Below are positions 1-9,543 of a stretch of 64,000 bases of DNA, piece after piece. The position numbers were made by a program, and so were the translations under genes. The first letter of the stretch is position 1. Each line of letters begins with the position of its first letter. The DNA lies in contig JAEDHF010000001.1 of assembly GCA_016297165.1 (NCBI GenBank), positions 149 to 64,148 on the forward strand, read 5' to 3'. The DNA comes from Oscillospiraceae bacterium (lineage in GTDB: Bacteria > Bacillota > Clostridia > Oscillospirales > Ruminococcaceae). A model generated the notes under the pieces. The model did not search any database. It was not told where the DNA came from and was given only the letters and a program-made list of their open reading frames with translations.

Positions 1-110
1 ATTTACCGTTAAAATCTACTGCACAAAGAGAATATAAGCCTAAAAGATTGACAATTTTAAACGTATATTGTATAATATATAGTATATCAGATTCTGAAAG
101 GATTATTCTT

Positions 111-284
111 ATGAACAATAATACACCTGCAACAAACGGCAAATCCGCCGGAAACGCTTTTCTTATTCCGATTTTCGGCGCTGTTGCTCTTATAATAACC
201 TGCGCGGTTTATATAATCTACAAGCTGGCTCAGCAGCAGGTTGCCGAAAAGTGGGCTGACTACGACGAGTGCGGTTGGTCCTGA
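111..284 (+). CDS. small single-TM membrane protein ending in KWADYDECGWS
   Basis: ATG at 111 after GAAAGGA RBS; one hydrophobic helix; C-terminal WxDYDECG motif recalled from small clostridial proteins. Confidence 0.6.
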   Translation: MNNNTPATNGKSAGNAFLIPIFGAVALIITCAVYIIYKLAQQQVAEKWADYDECGWS

Positions 285-285
285 T

Positions 286-1563
286 ATGGGAAAAAAGCGG
301 ACGCTGACAGCAATTATTGTTGCCCTACTGGTAGCGATATATGTTGTCGGCTTTTTTCTTGTGTGGGACTACTGCCTTAACGATAAGGTTTCCGAGCTTA
401 TGGATACGGACTTTTATGCTGTTGAGGAAAAGCCCCTCTCCCCTGTTACGGTTAACCTCCGCTTTAGCGGCGACCCTCTTACCGAAGAGGAGGAAAAGCT
501 TATCGGGAAATATTTTACCTATTATTTTGCGGGGGCAGGAGGCCTTACCGTAGAGCGTCTTTCTCCCTTTTTCGGGTTTCAGTGTGAGGACGAGCTTTTC
601 GACCATGCGGTTCTCCGCTACGAAATCTACGTTTCCGACCTTTCGGGCATTTCCTTCGACAGCTGCAACCTCTCCATTAACGTAACCTCACGGAAAACCT
701 CCAAGAAAAAGAACAATTCGGTTATCTCCCTTTCCCTGTCCATGGCTACGGAAAAGGGCTACTCAATAACCGACGAAAGCCATATTTTTACCGTTGAGGG
801 TAAGGGCGGAAAAATTACTGCCCACGAAAGCGACCGACCCATAAGAAAGGCGTTTCTTTCGGAGCTTGACTACGCTCTGGCGAAAAAGGGCTATACGAGG
901 AAGGATATGGCTTATACATATTATAACGACTATATCGAAGAGGCGCTTTCCTCTATGAAGAATAAGGCAAATGAGGGTTATTATTCTGCATTATCCGAAA
1001 AGGGCGAAGCTGCGGCGGCTGCCCCCGAATACGCTTATAACCGTACCGCCGCTAAGGAAAGGGCTTTATCGGGAGCCTCGGGCATTTCCGATAATAACGA
1101 CGTAAGCTTTACCTCGGAATGTCTTTTTTCTGCAGGAATCCCTATGGACAGTCAGGGCGAACGGGACGGACAGTGGAAGTGGTACGGCGAGGAGCTTAAC
1201 GAAGAGCGGGAAAAGAAGGGTCACAGTAAAAGCTGGATTGACCGTGAAAGCTTCTACAAATACGCTATCGGCAACAGCGGCTTCGGTATGTCGGCGCAGG
1301 ACTGCCCAAGAGGAGAGGGCGAAATCGGCGATATCCTCCAGCTCCTTTCCCACGCAATAGTCGAGGACGACAGCGGCGCAAAATCCGAGGAAATTACCGC
1401 CTCTTTTCAGTGCATAATAACCGACGTAATAAAAAACGAAAAGGGCGATACTATCGACTATACCGTCTGCACAGGCGGCTACACCTCTATTCCTCTCCGC
1501 CTTTTAGGTACGGGAGAATTCCGCATAATCAAAATTAACGGCTATAATTCGGCAAATATTTAA
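286..1563 (+). CDS. membrane-anchored protein with C-terminal putative amidase (Amidase_6-like) domain, probably degenerate
   Basis: N-terminal TM; YNRTAA...SECLFSAGIPMD...SWI...GEIGDILQL resembles Amidase_6; start taken at MGKKR (286). Confidence 0.55.
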   Translation: MGKKRTLTAIIVALLVAIYVVGFFLVWDYCLNDKVSELMDTDFYAVEEKPLSPVTVNLRFSGDPLTEEEEKLIGKYFTYYFAGAGGLTVERLSPFFGFQCEDELFDHAVLRYEIYVSDLSGISFDSCNLSINVTSRKTSKKKNNSVISLSLSMATEKGYSITDESHIFTVEGKGGKITAHESDRPIRKAFLSELDYALAKKGYTRKDMAYTYYNDYIEEALSSMKNKANEGYYSALSEKGEAAAAAPEYAYNRTAAKERALSGASGISDNNDVSFTSECLFSAGIPMDSQGERDGQWKWYGEELNEEREKKGHSKSWIDRESFYKYAIGNSGFGMSAQDCPRGEGEIGDILQLLSHAIVEDDSGAKSEEITASFQCIITDVIKNEKGDTIDYTVCTGGYTSIPLRLLGTGEFRIIKINGYNSANI

Positions 1564-1574
1564 AGGAAAAGAAA

Positions 1575-3500
1575 ATGATAATCTATAATGCAAAGGACGT
1601 TGAGCTTTATTTCGGCGCAGAAAAGCTTTTCGGCGGAGTAACCTTCGACGTTGATAAAAACGATAAAATCGGACTTGTGGGCATAAACGGCTGCGGAAAG
1701 ACCACTCTTTTTAAGCTTATGAGAGGGGAAATCGAAACCGATGGCGGCGAATTCGTAAAAACCCACGATACCGTTCTCGGCTATATGGAACAGCACGTTG
1801 TCCGCGACAGCTCGGTAAGCGTCTATGACGAGGTACTTACGGTTTTCTCCGACCTTATGGAGCTCGAAAGGAAAATCGACGAAATCCATAGCGAAATTGA
1901 CGGCGGTAACCACTCTGCCGACCTTTTAGATAAGCAGATGCTTTTACAGGAACGCTTCGAAAGCATGGGGGGTCTTACCTATCGGGCGAGGGCTATGAGC
2001 TCCTTACTGGGCTTAGGCTTCTCCCTCGAAGAACAGGAAAAGCCTGTAAACGTATTAAGCGGCGGCGAAAAGGCGAAGGTACAGCTGGCGAAGCTTCTTC
2101 TTTCGGGAGCGAATCTCCTCCTTCTCGACGAGCCTACGAACCATCTGGATATTGCCGCTACAAGCTGGCTGGAAAAGTTTCTCCTTGAATATAAGGGTGC
2201 ATATATCATAATCTCCCACGACCGTTATTTCCTCGATAAGGTAACGACACGTACCTTTGAGCTCGAAAATAAGCGGCTAACCGCCTATAAGGGGAATTAC
2301 AGCGCCTATCGGAAGAAAAAGGAAGAGGATTTGGAAATTGCATGGCGCCATTATGACAATCAGCTTGAAGAAATTAACCGTATAAGGGGCATAATCGAAC
2401 AGCAGAAGCGCTTCAATCAGGCTCACAACTACATCACCATAGCCAGCAAGGAAAAACAGATTGAGCGACTCGAGGAAGAACTCGTAAAGCCGCAAAGTCT
2501 CCCGAAAAAGCTCCGCTTCAGCTTCCACTGTGGCGAGCCTGTAACGGAAGAGATTCTTACTGCGAAAAATATCTCCATGAGCTTCGACGGAGAAACTCTT
2601 TTTAAGAATATAAATATCGAGGTAAGAAAAAAAGAGCGTGTTTTCCTTATGGGTACAAACGGCTGCGGAAAAACTACTCTTTTTAAGATACTTATGAAGG
2701 AAATCCCCTCCGATTCGGGCAGTATCATCTACGGCCCAGGAGTAAAGGTAGGCTATTACGACCAGCTTATGACGGGGCTTTCCGATAATAAGACGGTTAT
2801 GGACGAAATATGGGACGCTTACCCGAAAATGGATCAGACGGGAGTACGTACCGCCCTCGGCAGCTTCCTTTTCAGCGGCGAGGACGTATTCAAGAAAATC
2901 GGAGTATTAAGCGGCGGCGAAAAGGCGAGGGTTGCCCTTTTGAAGCTTATGCTTAGCGGCTGTAATTTCCTGCTTCTTGACGAGCCGACGAACCACCTTG
3001 ATATAACCTCGAGAGAAGCTCTCGAAAGCGCTCTTGAAAGCTACGAGGGAACGGTTCTTATAATCTCCCACGACCGCTATTTAATAAACAAAACCGCCAC
3101 AAGGCTATATAAGCTTAACCCCGACGGAGCAATAAGCGCCGACGGAAACTATGATGATTTCCTCGCCCTTTCCGAGGGAGAAACTACCCTTAGCCCCGTA
3201 AAAAAGACTGCCGCCGAAACGGACAGCAGGAATAAATCCGACTACCTTAAGCGTAAGGAAACACAAAGCGAGATAAGAAAGCTTAAAACCCGTATTTCGA
3301 GGGACGAGGAGCGTATCGAAGAAATCGAAGGCGAGATAGCCCGTATTAACGAGGAAATGGCTTCTCCCGAAATTTCCGCCGATTACGAAAAAATAGCTAA
3401 GCTTTCGGAAAGGCTGGGCGAGCTCCATAACGAGCTTGACGAAAGGACGGAGGACTGGGCGGAGGCTTCGGATAAGCTGGAGGAGCTGGAGGGGGAGTAA
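1575..3500 (+). CDS. ABC-F family ATP-binding protein
   Basis: two ABC cassettes (GINGCGKT, GTNGCGKT; LSGGE; LLLDEPTNHLD twice), no TM, C-terminal coiled coil. Confidence 0.93.
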   Translation: MIIYNAKDVELYFGAEKLFGGVTFDVDKNDKIGLVGINGCGKTTLFKLMRGEIETDGGEFVKTHDTVLGYMEQHVVRDSSVSVYDEVLTVFSDLMELERKIDEIHSEIDGGNHSADLLDKQMLLQERFESMGGLTYRARAMSSLLGLGFSLEEQEKPVNVLSGGEKAKVQLAKLLLSGANLLLLDEPTNHLDIAATSWLEKFLLEYKGAYIIISHDRYFLDKVTTRTFELENKRLTAYKGNYSAYRKKKEEDLEIAWRHYDNQLEEINRIRGIIEQQKRFNQAHNYITIASKEKQIERLEEELVKPQSLPKKLRFSFHCGEPVTEEILTAKNISMSFDGETLFKNINIEVRKKERVFLMGTNGCGKTTLFKILMKEIPSDSGSIIYGPGVKVGYYDQLMTGLSDNKTVMDEIWDAYPKMDQTGVRTALGSFLFSGEDVFKKIGVLSGGEKARVALLKLMLSGCNFLLLDEPTNHLDITSREALESALESYEGTVLIISHDRYLINKTATRLYKLNPDGAISADGNYDDFLALSEGETTLSPVKKTAAETDSRNKSDYLKRKETQSEIRKLKTRISRDEERIEEIEGEIARINEEMASPEISADYEKIAKLSERLGELHNELDERTEDWAEASDKLEELEGE

Positions 3501-3522
3501 TTCAACCTTAACACATAAAACA

Positions 3523-3552
3523 AAAGACCTGTTCTTAAATGAACGGGTCTTT
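3523..3552. terminator. bidirectional intrinsic terminator between ABC-F and the toxin gene
   Basis: AAAGACCTGTTC-TTAAAT-GAACGGGTCTTT hairpin between convergent genes. Confidence 0.75.
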
Positions 3553-3560
3553 ATGTATTT

Positions 3561-4064
3561 TCAGACATTGGTTAATGATAAATCCTTTTCTAATTCTTTC
3601 TGCATAATCTGTTCTATTCTCATAATATCGGGTTGAGTGGGAGTGAATTTTACACCATGCCGCATTAGCTTTATAATATTTTTTGCATTATTCTCGATAG
3701 CCTCTAATTTTTTTGGATCCCGTATTTCCATATAAACATTTAACTTAATGTACGGATTTTCAATATATTTATCGATGGTCGGAAACATATCCTGATATAA
3801 AAAAGCCTGCTCAATGCCATTAACCTTAATTATCTGAATATGGTTATGCTTTTTTCCGTTATTCATTCTGTTCCTGATAATGCTTTTATATTTGTCAGTT
3901 TGTCTGCTACAGGGAATAACCCATAATAATTTTGTTTCTTTATCCCTGAATGCATAATAATGGGGTCTTTTCGTATCATTCTTGTTCATTTTCAGATATT
4001 GCTCCCCTACCGCTTCAAAGAATTCATCCTTTATAAAATACAGACGTCCGCCAACAATTTCCAT
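3561..4064 (-). CDS. cptN: type III toxin-antitoxin system toxin, CptIN family endoribonuclease
   Basis: LYFIKDEFF...YLKMNK...RPHYY...LWVIPCS...KY...AFLYQDMFP...KYI...GVKFTPTQPDI matches the CptN motif pattern; upstream repeat plus terminator architecture. Confidence 0.9.
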   Translation of the reverse strand: MEIVGGRLYFIKDEFFEAVGEQYLKMNKNDTKRPHYYAFRDKETKLLWVIPCSRQTDKYKSIIRNRMNNGKKHNHIQIIKVNGIEQAFLYQDMFPTIDKYIENPYIKLNVYMEIRDPKKLEAIENNAKNIIKLMRHGVKFTPTQPDIMRIEQIMQKELEKDLSLTNV

Positions 4065-4079
4065 ATTACCACCCGATAG

Positions 4080-4117
4080 AATAACAACCCTCTCCGTATA
4101 TGAAGAAGGTTGTTATT
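4080..4117 (-). terminator. terminator between antitoxin RNA and toxin
   Basis: AATAACAACC...GGTTGTTATT 10-bp stem just upstream of the cptN RBS. Confidence 0.8.
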
Positions 4118-4215
4118 ATACTTAATCATTGTCTATTTATTACACGCATAACAATTAGCGAGGAACTAAAGCATTACCTACTTATATAATGCGCATGGTA
4201 ATGAGCGCATAACTT
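4118..4215 (-). ncRNA. cptI: CptI-like pseudoknot antitoxin RNA, 2 repeats (47 and 45 nt) plus a partial third
   Basis: repeat 1: AAGTT-ATGCGC-T-CATTACC-AT-GCGCAT-TATATAAGTA-GGTAATG-CTT; repeat 2: TAGTTC-CTCGC-TA-ATTGTT-AT-GCGTG-TAATAAATA-GACAAT-GATT; both can fold as H-type pseudoknots. Confidence 0.8.
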
Positions 4216-4277
4216 AAACGTAATAATTCTCATCGGAAAATGAGATACGCCTGAAACCTATTCTTAGGTCCACTATT

Positions 4278-4307
4278 ATTATACACCATTCATGCCCGAA
4301 AATCCAC
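4278..4307 (-). promoter_or_regulatory. putative promoter of the cptIN locus
   Basis: TATAAT at 4283-4278 with a weak GTGGAT -35 18 bp upstream. Confidence 0.5.
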
Positions 4308-4361
4308 CGTCATAATATACAAATCTATTATTCGCCATATAGCAAACATCTATAATCGGGC

Positions 4362-6146
4362 TTATACCCCCGCAGGGGAAATAGCCTGCGCCGTATAAAG
4401 CTTATAATAATCCCCCTTCTTGGCGATAAGCTCCTCATGAGTACCTGCCTCGGTAATACCCTTATTGGAGATATACATTATCTTGTCGCAGTGGCGGATT
4501 GTAGAAAGACGGTGTGCGATAATAAAGGAGGTTCTTCCCTTAAGAAGATGATTAAGACCCTGCTGGAGATAGCGCTCCGTCTTTGCGTCAATGGAAGATG
4601 TCGCCTCGTCGAGGACAAGTATTTTCGGATTTGAAAGAATTGTACGGGCGAAGGCGATAAGCTGTTTCTGACCGCCGGAAAGTCCTGCGCCCCTTTCGCT
4701 TACTACGGTGTTGTAGCCCTCCTTTAAGGAGCATATATAATCGTGAATACCAACAATCTTACAGGCTTCATAGGCTTCCTCATCGGTGGCGTCGAGCCTT
4801 CCGTATTTGAGGTTTTCCATAATGGTACCGCTGAAAATAAAGCTGTCCTGAAGCATTATACCCATCTGCTTACGAAGGGAATGCAGGGTTACCTCCGAAA
4901 TATCCTCCTCGTCGATAAGTACCCTTCCGCCGTTAAGGTTATAGAAACGGCTTATAAGGTTAACTATGGTGGTTTTGCCTGCACCCGTAGGGCCTACAAG
5001 GGCTACGCTTTCTCCTGCCTTAACGCAAAAGCTAAGGTTTTCGAGGATAACTGCGCTTTCGTCATAGGCGAAGGTTACGTTATCGAAGCGTACGTCGCCC
5101 TTTATTTCGGGCATTTCCTTTGCGCCGATTTTATCGGTTACGGTTACGGGCTCGTCCAACATTTCGAATATTCTTTCGAGATAAGCCGTAGCGTTAATAA
5201 AGGTATTCATAAGGTTTGAGAGGTTCATAAGAGGCTGCCAGAAGCGGGCGCAGTAATCTCCCATAGCGAATATAGTACCGAGAGTAATACCTCCGGGAAT
5301 AGCCAGAAGTCCCACGGCGTAAATTGCCGCTCTTGTGGAGATTGAAACAATATCGGTAGAGGGCCATACCATATTAGAAAACGCAACCGCCTTCATCCAT
5401 GCCTTACGGTAGCTTTTCGCCAGTCTATCGTTTATTTCAGCGTTTACTTCCTCACGGGTAAATACCTGTGAAACCTTTACGCCGACAATACTTTCATGAA
5501 GATAAGCGTTAAGGTTTGAGCTCTTGTTGGAAACCTGCTGCCATGCCTTACGCTGACCATTCTTGATAGCGACGATAATAACGCCGTAAACGGGCAGTCC
5601 TGCAAGCACCACAAGGGCAAGCTGCCAGCATACGAAGAACATAAACACAACGATAATCACAAGGTTAAGCATTTCCATGACAAAGTTAATGATACCGTTT
5701 GTCATAAGGTCGGAAACGCTGTTCACATAGTTTATTACACGGACAAGGATTTTTCCGTGAGGTCTGCTGTCGTAATACTCGAAGGGCAGGTCCTGCATGT
5801 GTTTATAGAGGTCTTTTCTTATGTCGTAGATTATATCCTGTCCCACACGGGTCATTATCTTCGCTCTTGTCTGAGCGAGGAGGACGCTTAATACGATAAC
5901 TCCGAGGAAAAGACCGCCGCAGATAAGCAGCCCCGGAATAGTTTCGGGTCCCTTCATACAGTTATCCAGCGCATACTGAACAATAAGGGGCGAGGTAAGT
6001 CCTGCCACCGCCGCAAGAATACTAAGCCCAAGGGCGAGGGCTATTCTCTTCTTGTATCTGCCCGCATAAACCAGGGCTCTTTTTAAATGCCGTATATCGA
6101 AGGGGGTTTCGAGCTCTTCGTCAATATCAAATTTATTTCGTGCCAT
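4362..6146 (-). CDS. ABC exporter, fused TMD+NBD (heterodimer subunit B)
   Basis: N-terminal TM domain, GPTGAGKT, LSGGQKQ, LVLDEATS. Confidence 0.92.
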   Translation of the reverse strand: MARNKFDIDEELETPFDIRHLKRALVYAGRYKKRIALALGLSILAAVAGLTSPLIVQYALDNCMKGPETIPGLLICGGLFLGVIVLSVLLAQTRAKIMTRVGQDIIYDIRKDLYKHMQDLPFEYYDSRPHGKILVRVINYVNSVSDLMTNGIINFVMEMLNLVIIVVFMFFVCWQLALVVLAGLPVYGVIIVAIKNGQRKAWQQVSNKSSNLNAYLHESIVGVKVSQVFTREEVNAEINDRLAKSYRKAWMKAVAFSNMVWPSTDIVSISTRAAIYAVGLLAIPGGITLGTIFAMGDYCARFWQPLMNLSNLMNTFINATAYLERIFEMLDEPVTVTDKIGAKEMPEIKGDVRFDNVTFAYDESAVILENLSFCVKAGESVALVGPTGAGKTTIVNLISRFYNLNGGRVLIDEEDISEVTLHSLRKQMGIMLQDSFIFSGTIMENLKYGRLDATDEEAYEACKIVGIHDYICSLKEGYNTVVSERGAGLSGGQKQLIAFARTILSNPKILVLDEATSSIDAKTERYLQQGLNHLLKGRTSFIIAHRLSTIRHCDKIMYISNKGITEAGTHEELIAKKGDYYKLYTAQAISPAGV

Positions 6147-6162
6147 TTATATTCCCCCTTTC

Positions 6163-7905
6163 TTACTTCTGAAGCTCATAGACCTGACGGTAATAGCCGT
6201 CCTTTTCTATAAGCTCGCTATGAGTTCCGATTTCCTCGATTCTTCCGTCCTTACCGAGGACGATAATCTTATCTGCGTCCTTAGCGGAGGAAATGCGCTG
6301 TGCAATAATAATTTTCGTACAGGGGAAGTCGAGATTTCTTAGTGCAGTCTGGATATTCCTCTCGGTTTCCAGGTCAACCGCCGAGGTAGTATCATCAAGT
6401 ATAAGTATAGAGGGCTTTACCGCCAATGCTCTTGCAAGGGAAATACGCTGTTTCTGTCCTCCCGAGAGGCCTACGCCTCTTTCGCCTATAATGGTATCGT
6501 AGCCGTCGCTTGTATGAAGTATGAAATTATGGGCGTCGGCTGCCTTAGCGTACTTTTCGACCTCATCCTCGGGCAGGTCGATATTACCGAAGCTTATATT
6601 TCCCTCGATAGTGTCGGAATAAAGGAGAACGTCCTGAGCGGCAATACCGATAGCGCCTCGGAGCTGTTTAAGCTTAAGGCGGCGAACGTCGGTATCGTCC
6701 ACAAGCACCATACCCTCATTAACATCGTAAATTCTCGGAATAAGCTCCACAAGGGTAGTTTTTCCCGTACCCGTCGCACCCATTATCGCAACGGTTTCAC
6801 CGGGGTTAACGGTAAAGCTTATATCCTTAAGCACTTCCTTTTTACCGTAGGAGAAGGAAACGTTTCTGAATTCGATTTTGCCCTCGAAGCGTTCGGGCTT
6901 GTCCTTTGCGTCCTCACGGTCGAGAATTGTGGGGTGTGCATAATAGAGCTCGATAATTTTATTAGCGGAGGCAGTAAATCTCTGATAGTCGTTGATGATA
7001 TTTCCGAGGGTTCTCATAGGGTTGGATAAGGTCCAGACAAGTCCTGCGAAAGCGGCGTATTCACCCAGGGTAATCCTGCCCCATATTACGAATAGACCGC
7101 CGAAAACGAGACAAACCACAGATAAGCTCTGTGCGGTTATTTCAAGGCCGGGGAAATATTTAAGCCAGGTAAACGCCGCCTTTTTATTAGCTTCGTTATA
7201 GTCCTTATTTTTCTTATCGAACTTTTTTATTTCCTCTTCTTCCCTTGCGAACGCCTTAACAACCCTGTTGCCCGAAATGTTTTCTTCTGCGCAGGTATTA
7301 AGGTCGGACATCTTCTCTCTTAAATCCACATAGTAGGGACCTACCACATTCTTAAAGGAACGGGTAATAAGGAGAATTACGGGAGTAAGGGCAATCATAC
7401 AAAGCGCCATAAGCCAGTCGATAGAGAAGAAAAATACCATCGTAGCGGAATACAGCACTATACATTCGAGGGTAACTTTAATTATCCAGGCTATTGAGTG
7501 TCTTACCATTTCCAGGTCGCCCGTTACCCTTGTCATAATATCGCCTGTACGGTAGATATCGTAAAAGGCGGCGCTCTGGGTCTCTATCTTATCGAAAAGT
7601 ACCTTTCTTATACGGTAGATAATGCCCTGTGATGCGTGTTCATAGCACATATTTGCGGTGTACTGGATTACTGCACGCAAAAGGGTAAAGCCCACCATAA
7701 TAATAAGCAGAAAAACAAGGTGGTCGGTGCCTGTACGGAGGTTTTCCGCCGCCTCGGGACCTACTAAATATGTATCGGTAATCCGCTGAATTATGGAGGG
7801 GGTGATTATATACATAGACTGGCATATTACGGTGAGGAACAATGCGGTAGAATAAACCGCCCTGTCGCCCTTCATATTTTTCCAGAGCCATTTTATAAGA
7901 AACAT
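6163..7905 (-). CDS. ABC exporter, fused TMD+NBD (heterodimer subunit A, degenerate Walker B)
   Basis: GATGTGKT, LSGGQKQ, ILDDTTS (D instead of the catalytic E, as in heterodimeric exporters). Confidence 0.92.
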   Translation of the reverse strand: MFLIKWLWKNMKGDRAVYSTALFLTVICQSMYIITPSIIQRITDTYLVGPEAAENLRTGTDHLVFLLIIMVGFTLLRAVIQYTANMCYEHASQGIIYRIRKVLFDKIETQSAAFYDIYRTGDIMTRVTGDLEMVRHSIAWIIKVTLECIVLYSATMVFFFSIDWLMALCMIALTPVILLITRSFKNVVGPYYVDLREKMSDLNTCAEENISGNRVVKAFAREEEEIKKFDKKNKDYNEANKKAAFTWLKYFPGLEITAQSLSVVCLVFGGLFVIWGRITLGEYAAFAGLVWTLSNPMRTLGNIINDYQRFTASANKIIELYYAHPTILDREDAKDKPERFEGKIEFRNVSFSYGKKEVLKDISFTVNPGETVAIMGATGTGKTTLVELIPRIYDVNEGMVLVDDTDVRRLKLKQLRGAIGIAAQDVLLYSDTIEGNISFGNIDLPEDEVEKYAKAADAHNFILHTSDGYDTIIGERGVGLSGGQKQRISLARALAVKPSILILDDTTSAVDLETERNIQTALRNLDFPCTKIIIAQRISSAKDADKIIVLGKDGRIEEIGTHSELIEKDGYYRQVYELQK

Positions 7906-7970
7906 ATCGAGTCTCCGCCTTTCTCTTTAATCTGTTCTTATGGGTATCTGCTTTTGACAAATGTACCCTA

Positions 7971-7999
7971 AATGTAACCAATTCCTTAGTATAAGTCAA
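7971..7999 (-). promoter_or_regulatory. putative sigma-A promoter for the ABC exporter pair
   Basis: TTGACT-N17-TACATT on the minus strand. Confidence 0.5.
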
Positions 8000-8106
8000 G
8001 GGCTTTTCCTAAAAAGTTTCATTATTCGTAATCGTTTTCATAATTTTAACAAATTACCCCGGATTTACTGCTATTTTTTTACGAATTTGTTTTTATTTTT
8101 GTTATA

Positions 8107-8246
8107 TTTGCAGTTTGATGATAGATTGCTGTTTTTGTTAAATTAAATAGTTTTTGATTTGTTCAATATGTAAGTTTTCATTAAGTACACATTTTATTAT
8201 TAGATTTGTTACCTTATGGGCACCCCTTTCTTGGCGGAACAAGAAA
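8107..8246. repeat. dispersed AT-rich repeat unit ending in a TTTCTTG-N6-CAAGAAA hairpin
   Basis: 41-bp exact match of 8151-8191 to 52654-52694; further similarity to 52496-52519 and 52721-52749. Confidence 0.85.
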
Positions 8247-8248
8247 CA

Positions 8249-8276
8249 AAAAACCGCCCCAAAAGGAGCGGTTTTG
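8249..8276 (-). terminator. terminator of the carbohydrate ABC cluster
   Basis: AAAACCGCCCC-AAAA-GGAGCGGTTTT just after the stop at 8283. Confidence 0.7.
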
Positions 8277-8282
8277 TTCCTG

Positions 8283-9527
8283 TTAGCCTACAATACCCGA
8301 ACGTTCAACACCTTCGATAAAGTTTTTCTGAAGGAAGACATACATGATGAGAATCGGGAGAATTGAGAGGAGACAGCCTGCCTCAATCCATACCATCCAG
8401 TCAGCGGGGTTACCTGTTGGCGTACCGTCGTTATAGTAAGCCGAAATTGTATTGTAGAGGTTGCTTACCTGGAGGGCGATTGTGTTGGATTTCGAGAAGA
8501 ACATACCCGAAACGTAGGAGTCGTTCCAGTACCATACTACCGAGAAGATAAATACGGTAAGGAAGGAGTTGCTCGCGTTAGGAACCATAACCTTTACGAA
8601 GGTTTCGAAGGGTCCGCAGCCGTCAAGATATGCTGCGTCCTCAAGCTCCTTGGGAAGTCCTCTGAAGAACTGCCTGAAAAGGAAGATAAAGAGACCCGAA
8701 CGGATACCGTTACAGAAGAATGCCTGTAAATAAAGTGCCCAGGGCGAGTCAGCAAGATTAACTGCTTCGCCGGTAATAAGGGTGCAGATTCCAAAGGGGT
8801 CAAAATATCTGAACTGCATGAACTGGGGGATAAGGATAACCTGCGTCGGTACGATAATCTGAAGGATTACTATAGCGAACATAATACCCTTGCCCTTGAA
8901 CTTGAATCGTGCAAAGCCGTAGCCTGTAATAGCGCAGGTTACAACCTGGATAAGGGAGCAGACCACGTTAACGCTTACCGTATCCCATACAAGCTTCGGA
9001 TAATCGATAGCCATCCATGTGTCCTCGATATTACCTAAGGTAAAGGTTTTCGGAATCCACATGATTGACGGGTCGGTCATTTCCATCTGGGGTCTTATCG
9101 AGCAGGAAATCATATAGAGAATAGGATATACGACTACGAATGCAAGACCGAAGATAATAAGCGCACGGAAAATCGGCCATACCTTTTCGGAAACACGTCT
9201 GCCTAAAATATAGCGGTAATGCTTCTTTTCGGCTTCGTTATATCCACGGTAGTGGGTGATTATTTCCCAGCTGCTTACGTGATACTTGCTTAGTCTTTCC
9301 TTTTCTTCCTTTTTGAGCCTGCGCTTCGATTTTTTCTTTCCGTTCTCGTCGTAGAGGGAAATAGGAGCGTCACGGTGGACCGTCTCCTCTTCGGGCGCAG
9401 CCTCTACCGAGGCGATAACCTCGGCTTCTGCTGCTTCATTTGCTGTATTTGTTTCAACTGTTTCGGTTGTCTCGGGAGCAGCCTCGTCCGATACAACAAC
9501 ATCTTTTTCTAATTCGTTGTTATCCAT
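8283..9527 (-). CDS. carbohydrate ABC transporter permease (MalG-like) with acidic N-terminal extension
   Basis: EAA-type loop ELEDAAYLDG; GYGFARFKFKG; ends FIEGVERSG. Confidence 0.9.
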   Translation of the reverse strand: MDNNELEKDVVVSDEAAPETTETVETNTANEAAEAEVIASVEAAPEEETVHRDAPISLYDENGKKKSKRRLKKEEKERLSKYHVSSWEIITHYRGYNEAEKKHYRYILGRRVSEKVWPIFRALIIFGLAFVVVYPILYMISCSIRPQMEMTDPSIMWIPKTFTLGNIEDTWMAIDYPKLVWDTVSVNVVCSLIQVVTCAITGYGFARFKFKGKGIMFAIVILQIIVPTQVILIPQFMQFRYFDPFGICTLITGEAVNLADSPWALYLQAFFCNGIRSGLFIFLFRQFFRGLPKELEDAAYLDGCGPFETFVKVMVPNASNSFLTVFIFSVVWYWNDSYVSGMFFSKSNTIALQVSNLYNTISAYYNDGTPTGNPADWMVWIEAGCLLSILPILIMYVFLQKNFIEGVERSGIVG

Positions 9528-9543
9528 TGAAGTTCCTCCTTAA

